Part shown: one piece after another, positions 7,144 through 16,457 of the stretch | Position numbering within the stretch: position 1 is the stretch's first letter | Layout: each line of letters opens with the position of its first letter | Source of the DNA: a virus | Lineage: Duplodnaviria > Caudoviricetes | DNA: 34,447 bases | Reading direction: 5' to 3' (one strand) | Virus record (IMG/VR): IMGVR_UViG_3300022670_000478 | Span: 1 to 34,447 of that record | Translations under genes and position numbers: made by a program | The notes under the pieces: model-generated | What the model saw: only the letters and a program-made list of their open reading frames with translations | Told to the model about the DNA's origin: nothing | Databases searched by the model: none

Positions 7144-9132
7144 TTAAGGTATTATTTCCAGACCACCACCACCAGATGATCCGCCACCGCCAGCACCCGA
7201 AGAAGGCGGATCCCCAAGGTCTGGCGTTATGATAGTCCCAACATAATGACGACCACTATCTTCAGCTAGTTCAGTAATTTTTGTTGTCGCAATATACGTG
7301 ACTGCGCCACCCTCAAACAGTGGATCATCAGCATAAATATAGTGAACCGTATTAACCACCAATCCCGCCACTGATCCCGCATTTATAAACTGTTGGCCGA
7401 ACCCTGTAAATAGTGTGTGCGCTGCAATGTCAATCGTCGCCACACCACCCGACTCACTGGCGGTCAAAAATACTGTGCTGAGTGGGTCAGTTGTCACCAG
7501 AGTCCCAGCAACTTGCAGGGCCGGTAAATTTCGCTGGTCATTGTGCTTTTCGTTTTTAACTGACGTAGCGACAGAGAAAACAGGTTGTTCATCAACCGTT
7601 GCCTGCCAACCATATATTGTGTCGTCTTCTTCAAGCAGCGTCATTGGAAAGACAAACCCTATGTTATTCTGATCATCCTTGACGAACCTGATTCCCCACT
7701 CTTGAATGATATATTTTTCGTTAGTAATATTGAATGGTGTATAGGTGAAATTCACAGTATCCATGGCCTGATCTTGAAGACCCACAGCATTGAACGTTAA
7801 ATCAAGTTGACGTTGGAATCTGTTCCTGAATAAGAAAATCTTTGATATCCGTTGGGCCCGAACTGCATTCGTGGTGAAAGGTAAGTCAAGCTGCAACCAT
7901 TGTTCGTTGCCCCCATCCTCAGTGACAAAAGCAGAAGGTTGTAGGGGTGTATAGTCTCTAATCTGGAAGTCTTCATCTTCAGAAGCAAACACACCCCGCA
8001 CACCGTTGGATTTTGAGGCAAGGCTATTTTGGGCCCGGAAACTGATCCCCCCGACCAGGTCGTTCGTGGTTCTGGATTTTATCGCTGCCCGTGGTGCGCC
8101 GGCATAAACCCGCCACTTGCCTGATTGCGGTACAACGTTTCCTGCCATGGAGCTAGCCAACATATCCAAATTTGTTCTGTGGTCGTTTTGAGGATCAACA
8201 ATTCCATCGCAAGTATATCTTGACTGTGTCTGTAATAATGTTGCATCGAACCCCGTATCAAACCCACTATCAAACCCCGCGGCTTTCACAGGTATTTGCT
8301 CATCACAAATATTCGCTTCTGCAATAATGTTTGGCCAGTCGATTCGAGTTTCTGCAAACCCCATCCCTGCAATCAGAACCCCGTCGTATGTGCCTGGCGT
8401 GTTATTGATCCGGATGCCTCGCAAATAATCGACAATACACAATGCAGGATTATTTGAAAATTCCCAGGTGGTTGGGTCTTCCCGTCGATGCGTTCCAGAT
8501 CCGCCGTTCGTGTCATCTTTCCGAGGATCATAAATTTTCCGGCCTTTAATGATTTGCACAGGATTTTGAAAACCCTGCTTGAATTTTTCCGGATCAAAAA
8601 CCAGTTTGAAATGGTAATAAGCTATTCCACGTAAACGGTGGGCGGCGGTCCATTTTGCTGAATTGGCGTCAAGATTTACGTCAACGGTTTGGGCATCGGT
8701 CCCAAGGTGGTTGAATCTTTGCATGACTCCGGCAAATGTTCCGGTGGCGTTATCCCCAGTGAATGGAACTTCAACACCACCAAAAGTAAATTTTTCAAAC
8801 GATTCAATTTCGTGGCCGGCCACCGCAATTATGAGGGACATGAATTTATTATTTGGCCCGTATGCTTCCCGATAAAGCAATGATCCAGATGTTGCAGCCG
8901 TACCATATACAATCTGCCTTGTGGCTGCCGTATCAATTCGAAGCTGAAGATTAACACCCTGTTGATTAGTCAGATTTCCGGCCTGGGGTTTAGGCCCAAG
9001 CAATGCCGATACTGAACTGAGCCCCACTACAACACCGGCCTTGATCAAAAACGGATTGCCTGTTAAAACTCCAGCCGTGATCAATACAGCACTCGCAATG
9101 AATCCCCCTACTTTTTTAACAAATTTACCCAA
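7144..9132 (-). CDS. Tail tip/hub protein (host-specificity J-like)
   Basis: RQIVYG, HRLRGIAY, KGRKIYDPR, EFSNNPALCIVDYL, ANICDE, LDLPFTTN..RAQRI; position after the NlpC-like gene. Confidence 0.88.
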   Translation of the reverse strand: MGKFVKKVGGFIASAVLITAGVLTGNPFLIKAGVVVGLSSVSALLGPKPQAGNLTNQQGVNLQLRIDTAATRQIVYGTAATSGSLLYREAYGPNNKFMSLIIAVAGHEIESFEKFTFGGVEVPFTGDNATGTFAGVMQRFNHLGTDAQTVDVNLDANSAKWTAAHRLRGIAYYHFKLVFDPEKFKQGFQNPVQIIKGRKIYDPRKDDTNGGSGTHRREDPTTWEFSNNPALCIVDYLRGIRINNTPGTYDGVLIAGMGFAETRIDWPNIIAEANICDEQIPVKAAGFDSGFDTGFDATLLQTQSRYTCDGIVDPQNDHRTNLDMLASSMAGNVVPQSGKWRVYAGAPRAAIKSRTTNDLVGGISFRAQNSLASKSNGVRGVFASEDEDFQIRDYTPLQPSAFVTEDGGNEQWLQLDLPFTTNAVRAQRISKIFLFRNRFQRQLDLTFNAVGLQDQAMDTVNFTYTPFNITNEKYIIQEWGIRFVKDDQNNIGFVFPMTLLEEDDTIYGWQATVDEQPVFSVATSVKNEKHNDQRNLPALQVAGTLVTTDPLSTVFLTASESGGVATIDIAAHTLFTGFGQQFINAGSVAGLVVNTVHYIYADDPLFEGGAVTYIATTKITELAEDSGRHYVGTIITPDLGDPPSSGAGGGGSSGGGGLEIIP

Positions 9133-9535
9133 TTTTAAACACCTTCATAAGCTTCAAGGTGGGATATTCAATCAAACCTTCAGGCTCCACAAAAACAGAC
9201 TGTTGACCAAGACACATGCCGATAACCGGGCCATCATCCCGAAGCGTGTAAACAACATCACCACGCATGGCGTTGTGGATTGGCAGGGCTGGCCCCAGAA
9301 CGTCTTCAAGAGTGTCTGATAGGTTACGCTGCCCATGGGCTCTAATGGCTCTTAGGGCCCCTCTTTTGCTACCATATGTTATGAATGCTTCAGTGACTGG
9401 ATTATGACCAGTGATCACCTTGACGGCTTCCCCACACATCCGGCAACAATCCCACGATCGCCAGTCAAAACCTTTCGTACGGATGCCATCAATGAAACGA
9501 ATGAAATCAATTTCCCATGTGTGTGTTCTAATCAA
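9125..9535 (-). CDS. Tail assembly protein, NlpC/P60-like
   Basis: FDW..WDCC and RGDVV motifs; position in the tail tip module. Confidence 0.75.
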   Translation of the reverse strand: MIRTHTWEIDFIRFIDGIRTKGFDWRSWDCCRMCGEAVKVITGHNPVTEAFITYGSKRGALRAIRAHGQRNLSDTLEDVLGPALPIHNAMRGDVVYTLRDDGPVIGMCLGQQSVFVEPEGLIEYPTLKLMKVFKIG

Positions 9536-10176
9536 AACCTGATCCTTTGGCCAAGATCCCCGTCACCGCCTGGATCTGTCCCGCTGCCACGGCCCACCGT
9601 TGACACATCGCCCGAATTTCCCCAAATAATTTGTTCATCTAAATCAGTGACATGTGAAAGCCCTAAATCTCCATCAAAAATCTTTTGCTGTGCGTCATTG
9701 GTCATTCTGACAAAATTATTCCGAGTCAATAAAGCTGTTTCTGTTACAAGATCAATCGTGATCCCTCCCCCGTCCGCATCAACAGCTAATTGAATTTGAT
9801 CGATAAACCCAACGGCAAGAATAACAGTACCCAAAACAACCCGATCGTCATCAAAGAACACAATCAAAAATTCGAACGGTCGGAATGTTGTATCCTGAGT
9901 TGTCACCTCGTCCACAAGTTCAGGCATTAAATCCGTCATGATGTGAGACAGGGTGGCCTTAAGAACCACGTCAGTTAAGTCCGTGACCTCAGTGACTCCG
10001 GACAGGCTGCCCATGTCTCCCAGGCCTTGCCAGGTTTTACTATTGGCGATAAGCTCACCACCCCCAGACCAAACGTTTACCGTACCAGAATCGAAGCCAA
10101 GCTCAAGAAGCAGGCCCCAATTCTGCTTACCACTGGAAATAACAGTATCAACTGGTCCGGTGAGTGATCGAGTCAT
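9532..10176 (-). CDS. Minor tail/baseplate hub protein
   Basis: LLELGFDSGTVNVWSGGGEL...WQGLG, T...QQ..F.GD.G, IIWG; position in the tail tip module. Confidence 0.75.
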   Translation of the reverse strand: MTRSLTGPVDTVISSGKQNWGLLLELGFDSGTVNVWSGGGELIANSKTWQGLGDMGSLSGVTEVTDLTDVVLKATLSHIMTDLMPELVDEVTTQDTTFRPFEFLIVFFDDDRVVLGTVILAVGFIDQIQLAVDADGGGITIDLVTETALLTRNNFVRMTNDAQQKIFDGDLGLSHVTDLDEQIIWGNSGDVSTVGRGSGTDPGGDGDLGQRIRF

Positions 10177-11363
10177 CAGACACCCTCAAGAGTTTTAATC
10201 CGGCCCTCAAGTTCTTGAACATAGGCCAGTATAGGTGAAATAAATTCTGACAAGCGCAGGACGTGTGTATCTTCACCTTCTTCATCATGATAAGCATAAC
10301 CGGCCCAATCAGTCACACCTGCGTCATCCATTGCTTGTTTGACATCTTGCGCCATGAAACCAGTGTGAGGGCGACCATGTGAAACAACAACTTTTTTTTC
10401 TGCCGGCGCGGTGTAATTCTCCATCACTGGCATAGGATGTTTTACAACTTTGCCTTTCTTGTCCTTTATCGAATTACCGCTTGCGTCCTTTACCGTCACC
10501 ATTTTAAAAACTGACCTCTCCACATCCACAGTTGTGAGTACAGGAACACCATTGATTATTTCAATTTTTTGCTCTTGAACGATTTCGGTTTTTTGCCGTT
10601 CCAGGGTTTGTGCCGGGATAGCATCTTTTATGGTTTTAGATTTGAATGAGAAAACGCGAGGCTTTAAAAGTTTCATGACAGGAATCAGATCAGACGCACT
10701 TCCCAGATCATTTTTTCGGCGCTTGTCTGAAACTGTGGGTGCATTTTGTACGAACAGATTATTCCATTCTTTTGTAGTTGAACCAAGGTCCAAGGTTTCT
10801 GTTACAGCTGGGTCAACATCACCGCTGAATGTCCCTGCGCCAGTATTGCTAATATTAAATATTCCGGATCCTGCTGAATCTCTGAACTCATACGCAAGTG
10901 CTGAACCGTTTGATTTGAAGTTCATTCCACCAGCGGCATCACCGTTGATCTGCCAATCACCATTCGCAGCAACTGCTATTGCAGTAGCGGTAGATCCTCT
11001 AATTGCGCCGCCGGTGGCAATACTGAATAAAGCCGCGCCAGCCCCATTTCTGAATTCATACGCAAATACAGTACCGTTTGATCTGAGATTCATGCCACCA
11101 GCAGCATCACCGTTTATCTGCCAGTCACCATTCGTTGCAACTGCAATCGGAGCAGCGGCGGCACCTTTGATGGATTTTGAAAGTATGTTGTTGCCCGATC
11201 CATCGTATGTTATCGCATTAGGGCCGGCTGCTTCGAAAGTTATCTGGCCAAAAATTTCGTCAAAATTATCATTGATTTTGTCGCCACCGGTTCGCAAATC
11301 ATCGCCAGTATCATCATTTGGAACAGTGCCCAATCCGATTGATTGTTGTGCATAAGCTGCCAT
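10176..11363 (-). CDS. Tail fibre with T4 gp9/gp10-like N-terminal anchor and C-terminal peptidase S74-type intramolecular chaperone
   Basis: N-terminal QSIGLGTVPNDDTGDDLRTGGDKINDNFDEIF; SDKRRKN and GFMAQDV chaperone motifs; terminal coiled coil; strong RBS TAGGAG. Confidence 0.85.
   Translation of the reverse strand: MAAYAQQSIGLGTVPNDDTGDDLRTGGDKINDNFDEIFGQITFEAAGPNAITYDGSGNNILSKSIKGAAAAPIAVATNGDWQINGDAAGGMNLRSNGTVFAYEFRNGAGAALFSIATGGAIRGSTATAIAVAANGDWQINGDAAGGMNFKSNGSALAYEFRDSAGSGIFNISNTGAGTFSGDVDPAVTETLDLGSTTKEWNNLFVQNAPTVSDKRRKNDLGSASDLIPVMKLLKPRVFSFKSKTIKDAIPAQTLERQKTEIVQEQKIEIINGVPVLTTVDVERSVFKMVTVKDASGNSIKDKKGKVVKHPMPVMENYTAPAEKKVVVSHGRPHTGFMAQDVKQAMDDAGVTDWAGYAYHDEEGEDTHVLRLSEFISPILAYVQELEGRIKTLEGV
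10835..11147 (-). repeat. 56-aa (168-nt) internal duplication in the fibre
   Basis: IAVA(T/A)NGDWQINGDAAGGMN..SNG...AYEFR starts at 11147 and again at 10979. Confidence 0.95.
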
Positions 11364-11374
11364 TTTTTCTTCTC

Positions 11375-11866
11375 CTAAATTATTGCATTATCAAAAGTGA
11401 TCATGTCATTGTCAAAGGTTATGTTTGAATTATCAAACGTAAAGACGTCATTTATTGCTTGCCACCCACCCTGCAAGGTCATGGTAATATCCGCTGTTAC
11501 CGCTTCTTCCACCGCGCCGGTCCGAGTCAAACTTGTCACAAATGCGATCGCCTGTTCTTTGTCCACGCCTTTGAATTGTCGCCTTACAAAAATTGGTTGC
11601 CGTGTTCTAATCCGGTTTTGAATTTCTGTAAATGCCGCATCCGATGGTATAATAAAATCTGTTATATCTAAAACAGTCTTTTTCTGGCCTGATATTGGTT
11701 GAAAATTACCCCCGTCACCTTTGCTTGAAACATCAACTTCAGCCCCGGTTTCATCCCAGGAAAAATTTGTTTGCCCTCCAAGCGATGTATAAACGTTTGG
11801 TTGACCGTTTCCGGTTCTTATCACCGCTGCAATCGTGGTGCCGTTATCAACTGACGATACTGCCAT
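11375..11866 (-). CDS. Second tail-tube-like protein (paralog of 15608-16024) with a (TFDxxxx)3 C-terminal tail
   Basis: TNFSWDETGAEVDVSSKGDGGNFQPISGQKKT aligns without gaps to TNFSFEETRAEIDVSSKTSAGNFQGIPGQYKT. Confidence 0.85.
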   Translation of the reverse strand: MAVSSVDNGTTIAAVIRTGNGQPNVYTSLGGQTNFSWDETGAEVDVSSKGDGGNFQPISGQKKTVLDITDFIIPSDAAFTEIQNRIRTRQPIFVRRQFKGVDKEQAIAFVTSLTRTGAVEEAVTADITMTLQGGWQAINDVFTFDNSNITFDNDMITFDNAII

Positions 11867-12558
11867 TATATCACCTCTTCAAATCCTATTGTTATGGGCA
11901 AAAATGCCACCTCATCCGTCTGGAAGGGTATTGTGCTGCTTATTCGCCGGGCAATTATTTGAGCCTTTTTGGTTTTAATCAGGGTATTATCCGCGGGGCT
12001 GGTCCTGATTGCTGGTTCAAATTGTAATGTGACCTTTCCAAACGCATCGGTCACCGCGTCCTCAGTCAACATATGAGCCTGGACTTGTTGCTGGAACATG
12101 TCCCCAGTCTTCATTATAGTGACACTCACGGGCCAGTCACGGGTGTTTAAACTGTCTCCCGACTGGCCTGCACCGTCCACGGCTCCAACCCCTGGGAATT
12201 CCCCCGCATCAAAGGTTATTATATCAGAATCAAATTTATCTGTCGTGCTGTCAAATGTTGGGCCCGGGTTAATGATAAACGTCTGGGGAAATTCTCTTTC
12301 TGCGTCATGCACTAAAAACGTTTTTTGACGACCCTTGAGCGAATTAATCCAACCAGTCAAATTTAACCAATCTGATTTTTTTAAGTTGTTTGTTGTGAGC
12401 AAACCGGTGAACCGGTCGGTTGTTCCGGCACCATGGGATTGAGTGTTGACTATTCTGGAAATATCACTTTCGAAAACCGTGTCATTCACATCAAGGGTAA
12501 AACTATCTTTGGCAGTTTTTAAACCAGTAGGTAATTCCCGGGGAAAAATTATGGTCAA
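11866..12558 (-). CDS. Distal tail protein (Dit-like)
   Basis: Directly after the tape measure gene; WINSLKGRQKTF, V.GAGQSG.SL, F.PAIRTSPAD. Confidence 0.78.
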   Translation of the reverse strand: MTIIFPRELPTGLKTAKDSFTLDVNDTVFESDISRIVNTQSHGAGTTDRFTGLLTTNNLKKSDWLNLTGWINSLKGRQKTFLVHDAEREFPQTFIINPGPTFDSTTDKFDSDIITFDAGEFPGVGAVDGAGQSGDSLNTRDWPVSVTIMKTGDMFQQQVQAHMLTEDAVTDAFGKVTLQFEPAIRTSPADNTLIKTKKAQIIARRISSTIPFQTDEVAFLPITIGFEEVI

Positions 12559-14966
12559 ACGCGCCTCCCACTCAGTGCCGCAATGGTTGCTTGTTTGGAT
12601 GCATTGATCAGAAGTGGGGCCAGGTTGGCTATTTCTTCCCGAACCGTGGCTTTCACATCCGGTGTGAAATTATTGATCTGGGTGATTGAGACATTGTCAT
12701 TGCTGACACCCTCCGCACTGATACCGAGGCCGCCCCCGGCCACCCGGGTTAAGGGGAATATTGCTTCATTACCAGCCTCACCGGCCAGACCCTGGCCACC
12801 ATTCGCCATGGGAAAGGTTGTTCGACCGGAAATGATCCCACCGTCAGCAAACGGCACCGGTGCGCCGCCACTGAAAACATTACCCTTGGCGGATCCAAAC
12901 AGACTGCCTAAGAGCCCACCACCGCCCGGGGCACCAACTAGACTACTGATTATCGAACTGATAATCGCATTTGCAACATTTCGCAAGGCATCAAGGGCGG
13001 ACGTTGCACCGGTAACCACACTAGTGATCGAACTTGAAATCGTTCCACTGACATCAGTCAAGACCCCTTTGATTGAATCGGCTGTGGATTTCGTTTTTGT
13101 TTCCAAATTACCAATACCATCAGTCAGTTTTTTTAAAGTCTCATCAAAATTTGCACTGATTGATTTATTTAATTCGGTGATTGAGTCTTTAAATTTCCCG
13201 GCAAGTTCTGGAAATTTGTTTGCAAGGGCATCAAAGCCAGGTATATCAATGGCTCCGGCAAGAATATTTTTGATAGCCTCAAAGCTTGTTTTTATACCGG
13301 CTCGGATTCCGTCAATATCCGCAACAAACTGATCTTTGGTTGCCTTAAATTCAAATGCATTTTTAATATCATCTCTAATTTTTTGCAGATCATTTTCGGT
13401 AGGGCCTTCAATGCGGAACTTTATAGCGTCTAAACCCACCAGGTCACGCACTGTGTTAATGCCGTCAATTATTTTATTGATAACTGCAGCAAACCCTTGC
13501 GCGATAAGTGCAAAAGAAAGTTTGAACGGTCCAAATATTATCGTTCCGAGACCCTTGAATGCCTCGACAATCGTTTTTCGAAAAAGAAATATTGAAGTTC
13601 CAGCAATAACAATCAATCCAGGAATGGAGAATATAGCCCCAAGAATTGACCCGACAGCCGTCAAAGCCACGCGACTTAAAAGAATGAACCCGGTCGCCAC
13701 CACTTTCAAAGCTGTCACCACACTGGCAATCGCGCCCAGCATGAGGCCAAAGATGATCAGTGCCGGGCCCAGGGCTGCAGCCAAAGCCAATCCGGTTAAA
13801 ATTGTTTCTTGCATTTCCGGGGCTAAATTTGCAAAGGCATTTCCCGCCGTGATCACCGCCGCCGCTATTTTAGTGATTACCGGGGCCAGTATGGGTAATA
13901 TGACCTGGCCTAATTGTGTGGCCGCCGTCTGCATGCTGACCATGGCCTGGGTGAATTTAAACGCGCCGGTATCGGCAACCGATCGAAAAGCTTTGTCTAA
14001 ATCGTTCTCTGTGGTTTCTGCCAATGCTTTAAAAGTATCATCAACAATACCGGCGTCAATATTTAGGATCCCCATGGCACCGGCGAGGGCTGAACTATCT
14101 TGAAAAAGCTCGCTGAGTCGTGTTCCGGTTCGATTGGCTTCAGTTTGGAGGGTTCGCAAGGTGACAAGCAACCCGTCCTGTTGTAATTTGTCCTGAACAT
14201 CCTGAAAGCTTAACCCAAGTTTTTTCAATGCCTCTTCAAGTATGGGTGTGGACCGAAGCAAACCTCTAAAAAGTGCTTCCAGTTGGGTGGCTGCAACCGC
14301 TGCATTAGGAGCAGTAAGCGAAATCACCGCCATGGCCGCCCCGGCTTCATTAAGGGCGATGCCCAGGGCTGCAGCGAATGGCGTTACCCTGGAAAATGTA
14401 TTGGCCAATTCCGAACCTTCGAGATTCCCTTTTTTAACGATATTGACAAGAGTTGATATGGTTTGGGCGGCTGTAAGATTATCCTTGGCAAAGGCTTGCA
14501 TTGCACTGGCCGTGGCTTTCGCCACATCCTCAGTCTGTCCCAAGCCAGCAGTGGCCGCCTTGGCCGATGCAGTTAAAAGATCAAGGGCTTTTTGTCCCCG
14601 GGCCCCCGCTGATGTGATAGTAAATAATGCTTGGGCAAGTTCGACCGGTCCCTTGCCTACTTGTGGCGCAAGCTCCAAAACGGACTTTCCCAACGAATCA
14701 ACCTCATCAGCAGCCACACCAACCAGGCCGACAATCTTGGCCATATTTAATTCAAATGTTCCGGCGACTTTACCGGATGCAATACCAGCGGCCAATAGAG
14801 GGGCCGTCAACGCAATTGAAAGGGCTTTCCCTGCCCGGTCGGCACCTCTTTGGATATTGCGGAGACTGCTGGTGAATGACTTTTGGGCTTGGCCTAGGCC
14901 CCGCGTCAAAGTCGCGGTGTCAAGTGTTAATTCAACAAACCCTTCTGCAACTTTACTATCAACCAT
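12555..14966 (-). CDS. Tape measure protein
   Basis: 803 aa, Ala/Leu-rich helical sequence with hydrophobic middle; C-terminal FADGGII...GLAGEAGNEAIFPL.R. Confidence 0.95.
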   Translation of the reverse strand: MVDSKVAEGFVELTLDTATLTRGLGQAQKSFTSSLRNIQRGADRAGKALSIALTAPLLAAGIASGKVAGTFELNMAKIVGLVGVAADEVDSLGKSVLELAPQVGKGPVELAQALFTITSAGARGQKALDLLTASAKAATAGLGQTEDVAKATASAMQAFAKDNLTAAQTISTLVNIVKKGNLEGSELANTFSRVTPFAAALGIALNEAGAAMAVISLTAPNAAVAATQLEALFRGLLRSTPILEEALKKLGLSFQDVQDKLQQDGLLVTLRTLQTEANRTGTRLSELFQDSSALAGAMGILNIDAGIVDDTFKALAETTENDLDKAFRSVADTGAFKFTQAMVSMQTAATQLGQVILPILAPVITKIAAAVITAGNAFANLAPEMQETILTGLALAAALGPALIIFGLMLGAIASVVTALKVVATGFILLSRVALTAVGSILGAIFSIPGLIVIAGTSIFLFRKTIVEAFKGLGTIIFGPFKLSFALIAQGFAAVINKIIDGINTVRDLVGLDAIKFRIEGPTENDLQKIRDDIKNAFEFKATKDQFVADIDGIRAGIKTSFEAIKNILAGAIDIPGFDALANKFPELAGKFKDSITELNKSISANFDETLKKLTDGIGNLETKTKSTADSIKGVLTDVSGTISSSITSVVTGATSALDALRNVANAIISSIISSLVGAPGGGGLLGSLFGSAKGNVFSGGAPVPFADGGIISGRTTFPMANGGQGLAGEAGNEAIFPLTRVAGGGLGISAEGVSNDNVSITQINNFTPDVKATVREEIANLAPLLINASKQATIAALSGRRV

Positions 14967-15291
14967 TGTCTGTCATCTTTTCTATTGCTGCTAACTGTTC
15001 TCTTGCGTGATCAGATGCGCTCTTTGCCAATCTTTTCGGTTTCAAAATCCCTAAAATTTCATGCTTTAAATCAGGCAATTTTTTCACCCTTTGATAATAA
15101 GCTGCCATCCATGCACCGGTTATCATTTGCACCCGTTCATTCTGTCGCCGATGTCCAGCAGCAAGAAACAATTCACGCGGGGTCATGGCCCAATATATCT
15201 CAGGCGTCAAACCAAGTTCGCCAATCGCTATGGCATAACCTTTTTCATAGGGGAAGAATCGGCCGGCTTCTTCCTCTACTTCGTGGGGTCC
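14959..15291 (-). CDS. Tail assembly chaperone, frameshifted extension (gpGT-like)
   Basis: GELGLTPEIYWAMTPREL; the -1 frame is open back across the upstream chaperone stop; no RBS at the annotated TTG 15210. Confidence 0.7.
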   Translation of the reverse strand, partial: GPHEVEEEAGRFFPYEKGYAIAIGELGLTPEIYWAMTPRELFLAAGHRRQNERVQMITGAWMAAYYQRVKKLPDLKHEILGILKPKRLAKSASDHAREQLAAIEKMTDNG

Positions 15292-15608
15292 GTTGCTGTA
15301 TCGTCCTCACCCTTTGGGGCATCTGGTGAGCTTGCAGCAAAGGCTTTACCGACCGCCTCCGCGAATTTTTGCATCCCTGACAGGTCGCCCATAAGGTCAC
15401 CCACTTCATTGATCGTCAGGTTGGGTTTGTCCCAAATCAATCCCGCCCACACCATAGCCCGGACAGCACCAATAGAACCAGCCTGTGACGCTGCCATAAG
15501 CTGGTTCATGTCTTTATATTCTGTGGCGGCTTCAAGCTCACAAAGACTATTAACAGTATATTTAAACTGGTAAAGCTTGCCGTTAATTTTTGCTTTTGTC
15601 GGTTTCAT
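15276..15608 (-). CDS. Tail assembly chaperone (gpG-like)
   Basis: MKPTKAKINGKLYQFKYTVNSLCELE...RAMVWAGL; TAATG coupling to the tail tube stop. Confidence 0.85.
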   Translation of the reverse strand: MKPTKAKINGKLYQFKYTVNSLCELEAATEYKDMNQLMAASQAGSIGAVRAMVWAGLIWDKPNLTINEVGDLMGDLSGMQKFAEAVGKAFAASSPDAPKGEDDTATDPTK

Positions 15609-16024
15609 TATACAATCGCCCCAGGTTGACCACACAGGGTACCAGACAGTGAATATGTTGCTGCTTCTTCATTGCCGCCTGTCCGGGTGAAAGAGGTAAT
15701 GATATAATCAAACTGATCAACCTCAACACCGTTTTGGAAACGTCGAGCCCGTCCCGTTCCTGCCCCACGAATTGCCGTTTCGATCACGGCAATATCCGTA
15801 TCAGCGTCAATGATCATTCCATCAACAGTGAATGTCGTTTTATATTGACCGGGGATGCCCTGAAAATTACCAGCAGAAGTTTTGCTTGAGACATCAATCT
15901 CAGCCCGGGTTTCTTCAAAGCTGAAATTTGTTTCTTCGGTGAAAAGATTATAAACATCAGGCCCGGTTGAAACGCGGTTCTTGATGGTGAAAAGTGTTCC
16001 GTTCAAAACTGTACTTAATGCCAT
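15608..16024 (-). CDS. Major tail tube protein
   Basis: NGT, EIDVSSK, G.....T.DG, ITSF, ATYSLS pattern; strong RBS TAGGAG; canonical position. Confidence 0.88.
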   Translation of the reverse strand: MALSTVLNGTLFTIKNRVSTGPDVYNLFTEETNFSFEETRAEIDVSSKTSAGNFQGIPGQYKTTFTVDGMIIDADTDIAVIETAIRGAGTGRARRFQNGVEVDQFDYIITSFTRTGGNEEAATYSLSGTLCGQPGAIV

Positions 16025-16034
16025 TTTTATTCTC

Positions 16035-16457
16035 CTATGGACAGACTTGCATTGTCGCCTGTAGTGTTAATATTCTAGCGTAAACATCTTCTTCGTCCCT
16101 GGCAATTGGACCCGTAACGCTGGCGATTATAACGTCAAAACCTGTGATTGTGAATGGTTTCCTGTGAAAAAGAAATCTTACCCTTTCGGCAATGTCCTCA
16201 ATCACATCAGTTGAACCACTTGCATTGGTCGCATAACATTTAATATCCCGCACAAAATCCCGCCCATCTGTGGTCTTGGTATCGAACGGCGTATCACTGA
16301 CCTGCCCCGCCGTTACAATATAGGGCAATGTGGCTTTCAAGGGTGCCGGGTCCGTGGTGAATATCGCCGGGTCACTATCGAACGTTGATAAGAGCGCGGT
16401 CAATGTTGCGTCCCCATTCAACACATTAAAAATTGCTTTGGTGATTTCCCGGCTCAT
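16035..16457 (-). CDS. Tail terminator (DUF3168-like)
   Basis: AIFNVLNGDATLTALL, P....LPYIV, IAERVR.L; position before the tail tube. Confidence 0.82.
   Translation of the reverse strand: MSREITKAIFNVLNGDATLTALLSTFDSDPAIFTTDPAPLKATLPYIVTAGQVSDTPFDTKTTDGRDFVRDIKCYATNASGSTDVIEDIAERVRFLFHRKPFTITGFDVIIASVTGPIARDEEDVYARILTLQATMQVCP

Noticed and set aside
12583-14994. Long + strand ORFs antisense to the tape measure gene (and similar ones over the fibre, capsid and portal)
   Set aside because: Shadow frames produced by the codon bias of the real gene; no RBS or recognisable motifs.
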